Assembly (NCBI GenBank): GCA_000934665.2
Contig: KZ538231.1
Location: 1-64,000 of the forward strand
Direction of reading: 5' to 3'
Source of the DNA: Catajapyx aquilonaris
Lineage: Eukaryota
Length of the DNA: 64,000 nucleotides
The notes under the pieces are model-generated. The model saw only the letters and a list, made by a program, of their open reading frames with translations. It ran no database searches and was not told the DNA's origin. Positions within the stretch are counted from its first letter, which is position 1. Every line of letters begins with the position of its first letter. This document shows, piece after piece, positions 1 to 12,945 of this stretch. Both the position numbers and the translations under genes were made by a program.

Positions 1-273
1 CTTCCTAAACGTTGACAATAGGTGTGGACATGATGTATGCCAAGTGTGGTGTTCTCCTCATAAAGTGCAGTTTTTTTTTCCTTACTCGCCCAACTATTAC
101 CATGTTCAGGGAAAACACTATGAATGTGTCCGGAACAATTTTACTCGTCTACAAGTCCCCCAATTAATTTCCAAAAAAAGGCTATAAAACTGGAAGTTCG
201 AGAGGCCTACAATTGCCAACCAACTGTAAGGCTGATGTGGAACATCAACCTTGAGAACCATGCCAGACGAATT

Positions 274-430
274 TGCTGAACTCATCGTACTTTGCGAGAG
301 AGAAAAATAAATACTTCTTTGCGGCTATCTGGCACTTCGGAAAAGTCCAATTTATTTGCTATTTTCTGAAGTCCCAGAAAGCCACAAATAAGTATTAATT
401 TATTTCTTACAACATACGACCAGTTCAGCA
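274..430. repeat. Degenerate long palindrome (probable old foldback/MITE-like element)
   Basis: Outer TGCTGAACT...AGTTCAGCA, and inner AAATACTTCTTTGCGGCTATCTGGCACTTCGGAAAA versus TTTTCTGAAGTCCCAGAAAGCCACAAAATAAGTATT, pair imperfectly. Confidence 0.55.
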
Positions 431-497
431 CCCAACAGAAATGTTCTGTTATAGCCATGGTTTCAGAATACTCAGGTTAGGCCACTCCCACCAACCC

Positions 498-756
498 CCT
501 GCCGGGGCGTTTTGCATGGGGTGCTCACCTGAGAACGCCATGAGACATCTCAGAGCCCTGCCGGCCTATGCTGAACTGTGTAGGTACAAAAGGGAGACCC
601 AACATGGTCGCCTGCGGCCATGTTGGGCCCACATGTAGCGCTTCCCTTTTGTACCTATAAAGTTCAGCGTAGTCCGGCAGGGTCGCCACATAGTCCAGCT
701 CTGAGATGTCTCATGGCGCTCTCAGGTGAGCACCCCATGCAAAACGCCCTGGCAGG
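498..756. repeat. Foldback (palindromic) element, ~260 bp
   Basis: Outer arms 498-556 and 698-756 pair at 57/59. An inner stem runs ~556-596 against ~642-682, and an innermost hairpin CCCAACATGG...CCATGTTGGG sits at ~598-627. Confidence 0.85.
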
Positions 757-1054
757 TGATAAGATCAGAAGGTAGTAAGAGTGTCCGTGGGCTGGTTATA
801 GCCAATGTGAGGTGAAAATGAGTCTGTTATATCAAGAGTAAAAATACACAGGGCTTCATGGAAGTCTGCTGGGACCGGCCTTTCGAGTCTGTTACAACTG
901 AGGTGGTTATATTCTGATTCAAATGTAACAATAATACCTCATGACCTTTTAGGGGATCATCTTTTCTGTTGTGATGGATTTTTGCTTGTAAGAGGCAATG
1001 AGAGAGCCACAATAAAACCCACGTGAACCCATTGGAACTCGATCCACATAAGTC

Positions 1055-1113
1055 CTATCCAGGGATAGAACTAGGGAAGGTGGAAAGCAGTTTGCTAACC
1101 ACTACACCACCGA
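1055..1113 (-). mobile_element. Degenerate tRNA-derived SINE head
   Basis: The minus strand reads GGTGGTGTAGTGGTTAG (A-box-like, 1111-1095) followed by GTTCTATCC (B-box-like, 1071-1063). The spacing is too short and there is no intact cloverleaf, so this is not a tRNA gene. The extent of the body is unknown. Confidence 0.4.
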
Positions 1114-2383
1114 GATGTCATGTAACTCGTGATTATAAATAGTGAAATTGCCATGTGTTACCTTGTGGGCTGGTGTTGTTGTCAGGGGCCACAAGAGACT
1201 TTACCTGCCTGAGTTGGACTGTGGGGTCATGCGCAAATTTTTTCATGACCTGTACATGGGAGCCATGTTAGTGATGAAAGAAAGTACACAGTATGTCAGG
1301 GACAGGTATGTAATGTCTGAATACATATACTCAATAGTGCAATTTCAGATGTACAAATACAAGTAGTCTACTAATGTACATTGTTATTATTTTCAAATGT
1401 GGGGCTGCTATCGCTACCAAACGTCTCTCAAGTCCCATTTCAAAAGTGGTAATTAAAACACTTGTTTGCATGAACATGTTTGGCACTTGACCGCCCTCAA
1501 CCATGCTATCAACAGCAACACTTCTAACAGACACACATTTGCTAACAAGATACAAGATGGGGAAAAAAAAGTGTCAGAAAAAAGAATCTGTATAAAAAAT
1601 TGTCACCACTTCATTTCAGAAGTAACAGCAGTACACTAAAAAAAAATGAGGGCAACAACATTAAAATATGCTGGACTGTAGCTACAGCGCTTATGTAAAT
1701 TGCCTGTTAAGTTAGGTCACAGTAATTAAACTACTGCATACAAATCGTTTCCCCCTTCCCCACAAAAAAATGTTCACTTTATAAACAAGTTCAAAAACAT
1801 AATGCTCGATCCACTACACTTTCTGGCTGCCTTCAAGAGTCGAGAACCTAACCTAGTGCCAGACACAGTCTTCAAACCCTTTGATTTTTCTCACAAAGTT
1901 ATTCAACGCATCTTGTTGTCCTGAAGTTTTTAGCAAAATCGACGGGAGTCAAGAACAGGGGTGAAAATTTGCCTTCTTTCCGACAGCCAGAAAGTTATGC
2001 AAGAATAAATACCTTTTAAAATACATGTTAATGAGTTGCTATACGTCAGCTAATGGATGTGCATGTCTCAAGCACACCCTTGGCTTGTTCGCACAATCGG
2101 GCAGAACATGAGGCAAACTGTACAAATTATTTTCTTTACTTCTCTTTTCCAACCTCAGTCTATTAAAAAAGGATACGGACATATTGGAAGCAGCAAGATT
2201 CACCTCTCTTTACACACTCACTCTTCAAGCACATGTCCTCCAAGAAACAACCAAAAAAAAAAACCCAAGCAAGTCCACAAAACATAATCACCTGATTCAC
2301 AGGAGAGAGGCAGAGTGTGACTAGAAAGAGAATGGATTCAAACCGATCCGGGATGTTTACAATTACTTATTAATTTGCTTAGC

Positions 2384-2640
2384 TTAGAGGGCAACGTCAA
2401 CGTCAACCTCTTCGTCAGAGTCAGTGTCATTTGAGGGAGGTAGGCGTAGAATGAAAATGGCGTCGAGCAGCCAGTAGAAGGCCTGGTAAAGGTCGCCCTC
2501 GCACAGGTAAGGCACCTTGGCCCAGGCCACCGTTTCGAACCCGGCTGGTTCAAACACATCTCGAACCAGGCTGGCCACCTGCTCCTCGAAGCTTGTACCC
2601 AGGATGGGAAGCTGCTCCAGAGGCTTATTGCCATTGCTGC
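2384..2640 (-). CDS. METTL9: METTL9 terminal coding exon (SNGNKP...FEEQV...PYLCEGDLYQAFYWLLDAIFIL...stop)
   Basis: Acceptor TTTCTCCCTGTGTTTTTCAG|GC; 257 nt, phase 1, ending in TAA at 2386-2384. Contains the PYLCEGD motif typical of METTL9. Confidence 0.96.
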
Positions 2641-2706
2641 CTGAAAAACACAGGGAGAAAGCCAAGTTAACACTTTGCAGTCAAAACTTTGCAACTATTT
2701 GTGGTA

Positions 2707-2838
2707 CAGTGCTGGCCATATATCGAGGCAACCGCCAGCGACATTTTTCCGAAGCGGCAGAAGAAGGAATCGAAGATAAGCATGCTACAAGCCGGGCGAG
2801 CCAGATTCCTTCTTCTGCCGCTTCGGAAAAATGTCGCT
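2707..2838 (+). mobile_element. MITE copy (truncated/rearranged), same family as 9064-9199
   Basis: Starts TA|CAGTGCTGGCCATATATCGAGGCAACCGCCAGCGACAT and aligns to the reverse complement of 9064-9199. Contains a perfect 35-bp inverted repeat (2737-2771 / 2804-2838). Confidence 0.8.
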
Positions 2839-4009
2839 TCCTGACTTATGCCGGAAATATGATACAGTAAAACCTCGATACGGGACCGACCCAAAGTAGC
2901 ATTAAAAGCAGAATAGTGTTATATGCGGGAAATACAATTTAATTCACAATTTTCTCAGGAAAAGAATGCCTTCACTGTTGCTATGCAGATATTACATTGT
3001 AGATATTTTGTCTGCAATTTGTTTTGACCTTGGGGAAGTCAAAAAACCAATAATTTTAAATATAAGGGTTTTTCCCCAATCAAGTGGACCTAAATGTTGC
3101 TAAACCATCTCGGATTTTGCTGAAAATAATCGCAGCTGTACACACCTGCATATCAAGTTTCAGCCAAATTGCGGAATACCACAGGGAGGAGAAAAATTCG
3201 CGAAATTTTGGAAAGGGGCCTTATTTGGATAATTGTTTTTTGGGTAGTGGAAGTGGTCAAAACCAAATCAACATAGTTATACATCAAATGGAGAAAAAAA
3301 AAACACACACCAGGAGAATGCGCCTATGAAATTCGTATGAAATGTAACCAGAAAAATGTTGGTGGCATTCAATCAGTCACATGTCCAAGAATTTGAGTCC
3401 TTGAAAATTAACAGTATATCTACAAAACGTATCTATTATTTTCTCCAGAGCCATGCATGACCCAGGGTTGAAACTGAATAAATTGAATCTTGTATGGGTC
3501 ACAACTCGTGTCACCAAATATGGCTGCTCTTACGAAAATACATCACTAATTGTTGGGGTCTAAATACTTGGACATAATTATGACTGGATCATGTGACCGA
3601 TGGAATGCCACACGTTTTTCTGGGTGCATTTTCGAGGAAAACAAATTCCATAGGCTCGTTTCTCTTTCATTTGATGTATGTTTATTGGCTTCCACTAACC
3701 GAAAAAAAAGTATTTATCTAACAAAGGCCCCATTTCCACAATTTCGCGTCCAGGTCACACGAGTTTAGGTGAATGTGGGACATTTGATGAAATTCGTAGC
3801 ACTTTTTCCAAAAAAAAATAAATAAAAAATCATGAATTAGTATGGTCATTTGAAAACACGATTTTTGGACAAATATCCCAAGAGTCACTGCACTGGGGCC
3901 AATATGCCAGTGCAGAGATTTTTTATAAATATAAATAATTTCCCATTTAGTACTTAATTTAGGCGAAAGTAATATATCCTAGTTGTGCAAACCCTCGAGT
4001 AATCAACTA

Positions 4010-4306
<297 letters not shown>

Positions 4307-4828
4307 TCATATAAATTGCCCTTTCCTGTGCAAGAGGGGAGGAAAAAGAGTGCTTGCGGAGAAGCCAAGCAGATGGGGCTTTTAAGTCGACTTAATATTT
4401 AATTTCAAAATGAGCAATCCCACCTGCGCCTACCCCCATTATTTTTCTTCCCTCGCTGGAAAAAAAGTGACGTCATATTACCCACCACGGATGTAACTTA
4501 TAGGTCAATGACACATCGGACTAAGAAACTTGCGTAACACACGTCCAATCCCATCTCTCTGTTTTCCTCCTTTCTGTTTGGCGTTGCAAAATCGGACTGG
4601 GAAGAATTATAAAGGCGGAAGACGAGATGTTCCGTGCTCACCACACCCAATTCCCCCATGCATCGTTTGGCCCAGATTTAGTATCTGGCGCGTCACCTCC
4701 TTCATGCAACCAATTATCCGGTCCCCCTCAGGTTCCCCATTTTATGTTACAAACATCCACCCCCCAGCTCTTATCAACTATGGACTCGCCCCCGCTTTCA
4801 TTCAACTACAGGGTGTTCATATCCTCAC

Positions 4829-5038
4829 CTGTATTTCTTGGTGGTGAGGGTCCACCTCATAGGAGCCGATATCTCAGTGACATACACGCGCTCGAAAAAT
4901 GGCGCCATCACGTCCGTGGTCCGTCCATCTCCAGCCCCAAGGTCCAGCACAGCCTCCGCTTTCCATGCCGCATCAACCCCCAAGAGCTTCTCAAACTGCG
5001 GGGTCGAAAACACGAACATCGAACCTCTTCCCAGCAGC
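4829..5038 (-). CDS. METTL9: METTL9 coding exon 3 (LLGRGSMFVFS...VLDLGAGDG...TEISAPMRWTLTTKKY); contains SAM-binding motif I
   Basis: Acceptor TTGGCAG|G, donor TACAG|GTGAGG; 210 nt, phase 2 to 2. GG+G completes the Gly of SING-LLGRGSMFVF, a METTL9/DREV signature. LDLGAGDG is class I methyltransferase motif I. Confidence 0.97.
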
Positions 5039-5153
5039 CTGCCAACAATCAGAGAATTACATTGTTAAGATATGCAACACATTCGTATCGTATGCATACT
5101 AATACATTCATATAGAAAACTGGTCGATAACAATGGAGACAAGTCAAGAATTC

Positions 5154-5154
<1 letters not shown>

Positions 5155-5185
<31 letters not shown>
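5155..5185. repeat. (GT)n microsatellite
   Basis: About 15 GT units, read directly. Confidence 0.95.
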
Positions 5186-5186
<1 letters not shown>

Positions 5187-6827
5187 CGGGTGAGATGCAC
5201 CATGGGTGGTTATGGACAAGGAGGGATGGAATCCAGATTGACAGGTGGGAAATAGGGGATGGTCCCTTCTTCCCTCACCTTCTTCCATACTTAAATTCCT
5301 GGCCTAACAAGAGTCGGAGGAGGGAACAGACAACCCCTCCTCGTTATATTCCACACCCACCCACCACCGCGCTTTTTATTATGATTATTATTTTTTTCGC
5401 CCCCCCTCCTTCCCCCCTTACCAAAAGGTGATAGGGGTTACTTTGCCCCCTGGCCAGAACTCACAATGGGAACGTCAGTTTACAAGGCACGCCCCTCCGG
5501 TTTCACTCTGCATATTCATGCTCGTACTATGATTTAACCGAAATGTTGTCATTGATCCTTTTTTTTCTCTATTTCATGCCATATCTGAGGTCATCACAAT
5601 ATCTGGACACTGCAAGCAAATAAACATGAAATAAGTGGACAGCTTGGGTGCTAAAAACCCGACTTTAAATTGAAATAAAAATTTACGCGATAAATTAAAT
5701 CATCCCATAAAACCCGCCTCCGTCTCGCATAACTTACAAAGTTATTCTCCCTTCCCGAAGAAGGAAAAAAAAAAAGTTTTGAAAAATTCCGCGCGTGAGG
5801 CATACAAATGGTCACATTGGGAGCCTTGGCTGGGAAGTGAAGTGCGTGTGCAAGGAGGAGCCATGAACTGATACGGTTGTAAATGAGGGATAATAAAAGA
5901 AAGCAAAAAGTGTGGAGGTGGGGAATAAGAAGAAAGCAAGCATGGAAGAAGCTCCCCCTTAAACAAACCGAGGCAGAGATAATTTGTAAAGGGGCGTCCC
6001 GAACGGCGCGGAGAAGGCACGATAATTATTAATATCTCATTAATCAGGCATTTAGAGAGGAGATAGCCATCTGACAGGAAGGCTGGAAGGATTAACCCTT
6101 TCCACCCCACATTCATTAATAATTCCCCGGGTGTCTTTGCCAGATGCCCCCAAGGAGCCTTTTTTTTCTCTCTCCTCTTCATGGTGTGGTAGGAGGGACG
6201 CAGTTGCCTTTTCTTGAATGCTATTGACTGCGGCTCTTAACACCATCGTTGTGACAACCTAACATTTTCATATACACCGGGTTGAATGACGCAACCCAAA
6301 CGGTCAGAATTTGAGGAATTTCTCTGATTTTTTATTATACGTGTGTGCATCACATGTGCTAGAATCCAAAGCACCTCTTATTCCCCCGTCTCTCCTATAT
6401 ATTTTCTGAGCATTCCCCATCCTGCTGCCTCCCTCCGGCTTGCCCTTCATTACGGAGCAATGCTTCTCCTTCTTCCTTCACGATCTCCGCGCCATTCCGA
6501 TGATTAATTCCACATAATCACGTCTAATTTAGATGTCCTCATCGCCCCGCATCACGGCGGGCCTTATATTGCCTTCCCTCCCCACCATCTCTCCCTTTGC
6601 GTTCATTCATCCGGGCGCCGGCAAAGAGACCGAAGATTAAACCATATAATGGCCTAAATACTTCATCATTGCTTTTAATCCCTTCAGGGCCTGATATGAG
6701 CCAGTGGGTGGAAATGAGTCCTCCGCAATCATCTTTGCCCTTCGCTTCAATTTGGAACCGTAACAGCTACCGTGTCTTCTTCTTGGACAATGGTCGGTGG
6801 AAGAAGTGTTCCAACCGGGCACATATT

Positions 6828-6863
6828 ACACACACACACACACACACACACAAAAAAAAAAAA
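6828..6863. repeat. (AC)n microsatellite followed by poly-A
   Basis: About 12 AC units then an A run, read directly. Confidence 0.9.
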
Positions 6864-9063
6864 GTTGTCGTACAATAAAACGAAAAATGTCAAAATATGG
6901 TCCAGCCAAGGTGACCGTCAAAACATCCTCTTTGTTCCCGTGGATATTAATTCCATGACTTGACAAAAGATGCTCCTACACGATAATGACCTCGGATATG
7001 CTCAATTTGCACCGCCGAATTTTCCCAACCCCCTTTCATAACCCTGCATCCTTTTTTTCTTTCTCATCAAGCTCACAATGCAGCCTTGTCACTACCCACA
7101 TTTGTCGCGCACTAATTTCTCATCCGCCACATTTAAGTCTACAGGGTGTCACCTCTGGTGCCTTTTCCAAGTACATGGTAGCAGGTGAGACTGGGAGTGG
7201 AGACGAAGAGCCTTAGGGCTGTCCTCCCAATTAAGGCCCGGATGAAGCAATTTGGCCCCGGAATCCTCGCTCTGCACTAATGAGCCAGCGCGCCATATCC
7301 TCGCCTTCCTATTGGACCACGTCTATTCATTTGTGAGCAACCGGGCACGCCCTTCTCCTCCTCCCCCTTCCAGTTTTCTCCCCCCCCAAAAAATAATATT
7401 ACTAATCACACCTTTTTTTTTTGGAAACCTCACAAACAAAAATCCGCCATTGTTAACCCATCACGCATCCACCGCATTTAATAAATTCATGCGTATGAAT
7501 CAGATCCTGATGACTCACCACACACCCTTTTTTTTTTCCAAGTTTTTGACGCTTTTTTTTCCTTCATTCCCCACGTCAACCCCTGCCTTGTACAAGCTCC
7601 TTCCTGGGGTCAATGCAACGCCCATCATTTTCCCACCGCAATTCCCGATTCATGACACATTCTGCATCCCCCCCTCCCCCCTCCCAACACTCATAATAAG
7701 GTTGACATATCAGCTTCCAGCAAGCCCGATTCTTTTTAAAAAAATGAAACGGCTAATTAGTCATCACACACCCAGATCACAAACGCTAAAAATTAATTTT
7801 AAAAACCGACTCATTGCTTAAATATTATCTGAATTTTTGGACACAAAAAAAATGAGTGTCTTGCATACAACCTGGCAACAGAGCCTTTCCTCCACCTCTC
7901 GACATCATATCCATTCGACTTTTTTTTCCTCCCCTTCCTCCCCTCTTTCCACCCACCCACCCACNTCCCCCCCCCCCCTTCAAAAAAACCTCCTCCCTAT
8001 GCAGTGCTGCCCGATCTTGCTTACGGACTTCTCTGGCAAAACGACATCTTTGAAAATCAATAACTTTGTATATGAGCGTGTTCACAGGACGTGGGGGGGA
8101 ATGGGGGGAGGAGAAAGGAGTGGGTGGGAGGGGGAGACTAAAAAAGAAGAGGGGGAGAAAAAAAAGGAGGGGATGACCATGGACATGTTTTTAAAGTCAT
8201 GCCAACTATTTTTCTTCCCAATCTTCGCGACATTTCTTAGAATGTCATACCTAATTAGCATACTGCAGGTGCATGTAAAAATAAAGCTGTTTTTAATGGG
8301 GGGGGGGGGGGGAANCTCCCCTCCAGGCGGAATTCTTTTGACGGATGCATGTCTAATGAATTAAAGCGTCTTAGCGCGAGTCCATGGTAACGGTGTTAAA
8401 ATATTCTCAGGCAGAAAGAGAGAAAAAAGGTGGTGGGGAGGAGGGGAGGAGGGGAGGAGGAAGGGGGAAAAAAAAATATCCCGGGGAAAACTCGGAGCTG
8501 TTGCCCGTCTTCGTTACCTATTGACAAGGCGACAGAAATGCATATGTCCCCCGCCTCCTTGCGTTGTTGCCATGTTTATCCACTACAAGCTTCTTTTTTT
8601 TTTCCGGAGGAAGCTTCAGCATCTTTGCCTGCCTCCCAAATTTTTTCAGTCGATTCGTACTCCCTGCAATGTTTGCAAGAAAAATGTTGCGGGCAATGTC
8701 AATCGGAATCTAAACTGCACGGATTAAAACCAACGATAACAAATTATAGCAACATTACACGGACTTTCATTTTTGAATGCCCAAAACAGCTAAATGGCAA
8801 TTAGTGCTCCAAAAACTTGATCAGTTGACGTCCCTTTTTGCAGCAATCGGATACAATTTTTACATGCAAAACGATGTGGATAAGGACAATACCAGCGTTC
8901 TCAGTTGCCATTACAGATTAGTGTCCAAAATACATTGCAAATAAATCCGATGCATTAGCACAATATTGTATAAAGTTTTCAGTAATGTTGTTATACAATA
9001 GACTCACTTACTTCATATTCAGAGCAGTATTGTACAGTATGCAAGTTTGCATGACTTGATGTA

Positions 9064-9199
9064 CAGTGTTGGTCATATACCGAGGCAACTGCCAGCGACA
9101 TCTTGCTCGCCCATGCTTGAAGTATGCTTATCTTAGATTCCTTCTTCTGCCGCTTCGGAAAATGTCGCTGGCAGTTGCCTCGATATATGACCAACACTG
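9064..9199 (-). mobile_element. 136-bp MITE, Tc1/mariner-like
   Basis: 38-bp terminal inverted repeats with 1 mismatch, beginning CAGTGTTGGTCATATA and flanked by TA on both sides (9062-9063, 9200-9201). A related copy lies at 2707, and an 18-bp TIR fragment TTGGTCATATACCGAGGC lies near 23953. Confidence 0.85.
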
Positions 9200-9322
9200 T
9201 ACTGCTATAAATTAACAAAAATGAATGGTGCTTTTGAAATACATTATTAATGACTACAAATATATCACTACATCCATATACTTAAACTTTGCCCATGTAT
9301 GATTGCATATTTTAGTTATTCA

Positions 9323-9422
9323 TTGCTCGAGTTGATTCTTTCACAGATTCTCGATCAACTCGAGCAAAAGTGTGCTAGGTTTAACTGCAATATTATAATA
9401 TTGCAGTTAAACCTAGCACACT
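9323..9422. repeat. 14-bp-stem hairpin (9323-9367) followed by a 54-bp perfect spacerless palindrome (9369-9422)
   Basis: TTGCTCGAGTTGAT...ATCAACTCGAGCAA, then AGTGTGCTAGGTTTAACTGCAATATTA|TAATATTGCAGTTAAACCTAGCACACT. Confidence 0.9.
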
Positions 9423-12400
9423 CTTTTCCAAACAGGTTCACGTTACAAGAGCCGTAAATAAATACGCCGGTACCGCAGGGATAATGTGCCTGTTTTTTTC
9501 CCACTGTTTTTTAAGGCATAAAAATTGCCAAAAAATGTAGAACGATCCAATTTGCAGATGACACCGGTCAAATGGATGTAACTCCTCACACAGCATATCG
9601 CATCACAGCCCATATAACCTATTTTATTTCGCAATATCGCTCCATCTACGACCCTAAAAGTGGCTGTGAAGTGTCTGGGCAAAAACACAACCCGCAAGCT
9701 GCGTTACGTATCGTCGCTTTGTCACCATCACCAGTCAACAACCCTTGACATTTTACCCGCAACTCCGCCTACGCACACACTGATAGCTCCCCGTAACAGT
9801 GTAACACCGCAGTAAAACGCCAACTTTCAGAACAGCGGTGATACAGTGAAGAATAGCAAAGAGCGCGGCATCCTCCCTGAAAAACCATCTTGTCAGCCCT
9901 GAAAGCGCAGCAAATGATCGTTTTGAGTCCGTGGCTTAAGGATTGGAAGGCCAGGTTGCCAGGTGGAAAAACAAGTCGTCTCTCTCTCTCTCTCTGGTTT
10001 GATTGATGTGGCAAACGTCAACCCAGCTTCTGGTCGACACAGGTAGGGGTTTAGCCCATTCCCAACCCACCACCCTCACTCGCAGAAAGGAGGATTAGAT
10101 TTTTGTGGAATATGGTAATGGCGTGGAAGGTGCAGGCATGGGGTGGGATATCTTCACACTTTGTGCTTATCGTAGCCTTGGGTGGTAAAGAGTGTGGGGG
10201 TGTGGAAGAGCAAGGGGTTGGGTGACATTGGATTTCGCCTCGTCTTCTGCGCGTCATGTTTGCCAAAAATGATCCAGGGATCCCCCAAGGAGGAGCTTCA
10301 CCCCTGGGATTGCTCCCCCCCCCCCTCTCTCCCACTTTCAACCCAGTCTGTACGACCTATTCATCCAACGTATCACCTTACATGATATGAAACTAACAAG
10401 ATGCAAATTTTACATATAATAATATTTAAAAAAAATGGGTGTGTGTTTTTGCAATGTTGGCAGAATCTGCATGGAGTGCGGGGGGAAAGGTCTTCAGGGC
10501 TTCTCCGATTTCAGGCAGCCATTTTATTGGTCCTCTCCTCTCTCGCCTGGATAATGATATTCGCCTCACTCCGGACACACATCTCCCTTTCCAAGCTTGC
10601 CTGCCTCTCTGCCTCCCACTATCCCTAGCAACCCTCACCTTCCCAAAAATTCAAAATGTGAGTAGGGGAGATTTCTCCAAGGAGGAATCGAATGACGTCA
10701 GGGCCCCAAATCCTGTCACACGGCACACTCTTTGCCCAAAAGAAAGCAAATTGATTTTCCATTATCCTGAGTAACAGCGAATTCCAATCGCAGTGCTAAG
10801 GCTCCTAAGGCGATCGAGNCCCCCCCCCCCCCCCCCCCTTCGTCCTCTCTCCTTCCTGAGTGATCTTTATGCAGGAGACAAAAATACAGCAACACCTAGA
10901 CACCCTGTTGGACAATGTGAATAGATTGGTGCAGGTTGATCTATGAGGCAAGTGGCAAATGGCGTGATGGCAACGCCTTCCTCTAGCACTCTTTGGCCGA
11001 AGCGTGCAACATAGTCCACTCCCAGTGACCATGACGTCACGACAAACACCCGCCAATAATCACTCTCTATCTCTATTTGCTCACTTTTCGCACATCCGGG
11101 GAATCCCGAACCCTATTAGCAAATTGCAAATTTTGAAAACGCAAATATCGCAAAAAAAATCCGATTCCGCAACTTTGGCACACATAACACTCAAATAATT
11201 GGCCTCCTTGACCCAGAAAAAAAATAAATCCTCACGACAAACATGACCAATATGGGGAAGGTGCGCATGACTCGCCACCTTTTTCCGCACCGATTGGGAA
11301 AAAATATTTTTGTCGCACGCACAAAACTCATCAATTTTACCTACCACCATCATAGGATTCCATCTGCCTTTTTCGCTTTGCACATTACCCCCCTCAAAAA
11401 AAAAAAAAAAGGGTCCTTGAAAATTACTTCAATAAGTGTCATTAAATCCGCAACCAATCAAGCAGCTTTGCATGCCCACTTCTTATATCAGCTCACGCCA
11501 ATGAGTTTCCGAGTTTAGAAATATCATTTCCTGCAGCAGTAACAATCCTATATGCTTATATTCAGGAAGGATTGAACATCTTCATCCCCAGTGTAATGAC
11601 AACGCCCCCTAATTAACCTCGGAAGGGGTTAGAGCTGGATGGCAGTCATAATAATCATGATTATGATGATGACGCTATATCCTGGTTGGTGTCACCCCGT
11701 TTTTTTTTTTTTTTCCTCCAGGATCCTGGAATCGATCCTGGAACCGACCCGCTAAGTGGCGCCTCCAACGGAAGCCTGCAGCCCTGTTAATTAGTGATGA
11801 GAGAACCGAGAAGAGAGAGAGAAAAGAGAAGAGAGAGAGAGAGAGGAAGTCCTTGTGCGCAGGATCTGCCAACCTGCGAATCAAAGATTTTCAACCCGTT
11901 TCCCTAATATTTCACACCCGCTTCCGCTGGCCAATGGCAGCCCATCCTCTTCTCAACCCAGCCTCTTTGCCGGACCTATTCTTGCAACTGACCCAACAAT
12001 GCAGTACTTTTTTTTTTACAGACAAGGACACCCTGAGTCAAAGATGATCCTGGTCCCCCCCTAGCCTTTTCCTCCCGCACTGTTTTAAGCTGCACCATTA
12101 ATTTGGGAGCAAGATTTAGCACCCTTTTCCAAATAGCGGGCCGGGCGGATCCTTACGGGGAGGTCGTAACTCAGAGCCCGCTTTGCATACTGAACAGCAG
12201 CCCTCTCTCTCTCCCTCTCTATTTTTTCCTTCTTCGCTTTCCACCAACTTGAGTACAACTTTGCCATCAAGAGCTGGGGGGTGGGAAGGGAATGGCGACG
12301 AGTGAGAGCAAAGTTTTCGCGGTCAGTCCTCCACCCACAAAAAAAAAACTATCTTCCAGAAGTCACTAAGCATAATCCGTCACAGGCTGGGGGGAAGAAC

Positions 12401-12809
12401 TCGTTAATTACAACCAATGTTGTATCGCAGGTGAGCTTGTGCTGAGGTCCTAATTCAAAATGGGCTTCTTATGCAAATGGAAGGGGTAAGGGAAGAGACA
12501 AGTTGCCCCGCCAGGATTAAGTGGAGATGCTGACCTTTCGAGCCTCAGGTGCGTCTTAAGCCATCCCCCTGCCATACCACAGGGCCAGCAAAAACAGATG
12601 CCATCCACTTTGCATTATGCCTTTGCGCCGTCGTATGAATCTCATTAAGTTCGGAGCTTGCAATTCTCGCCGCGTTCGGCCTATGCGCTTTTTTTTCCCC
12701 CCTTCTTCTTAACACAAGCCATAAAGTGTGCCTGCAGATTCTTCAAGAAAAGTCTGTCCGCAAACTCTGTTCAACTGCGTCAATTTAAAGACGAATAAAA
12801 AAAATTCAG

Positions 12810-12945
12810 ATATTATCCTGTGGGTATGAAACCACCTACGCATCAGTGATGATGGTTGCATACCCACAGGATATATTTGGTAGTTTTTTTTCTATTTATA
12901 TTTTTTATAACTCTGAAAAATTCATCAGTGATAGCGGTTGCATAC
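12810..12945. repeat. Small hairpin plus local duplication (probable MITE remnant)
   Basis: TATCCTGTGGGTATG...CATACCCACAGGATA forms a stem. CATCAGTGAT...GGTTGCATAC is repeated at 12841-12863 and 12923-12945. Confidence 0.5.

Noticed and set aside
1055..1113. tRNA gene
   Set aside because: A/B-box-like motifs are present but there is no anticodon arm or acceptor stem; recorded as a SINE remnant instead.
3000..3950. AT-rich stretches resembling DNA-transposon remnants (also ~11090-11330, 28190-28500, 52900-53260, 61568-61625)
   Set aside because: No TIR/TSD pair or second copy could be established by eye; a repeat library is needed.
5049..5288. HTHTHT peptides resembling the HxH substrate motif of METTL9 (also near 6830 and 51550)
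   Set aside because: These are translations of (CA)n microsatellites, so the resemblance is coincidental.
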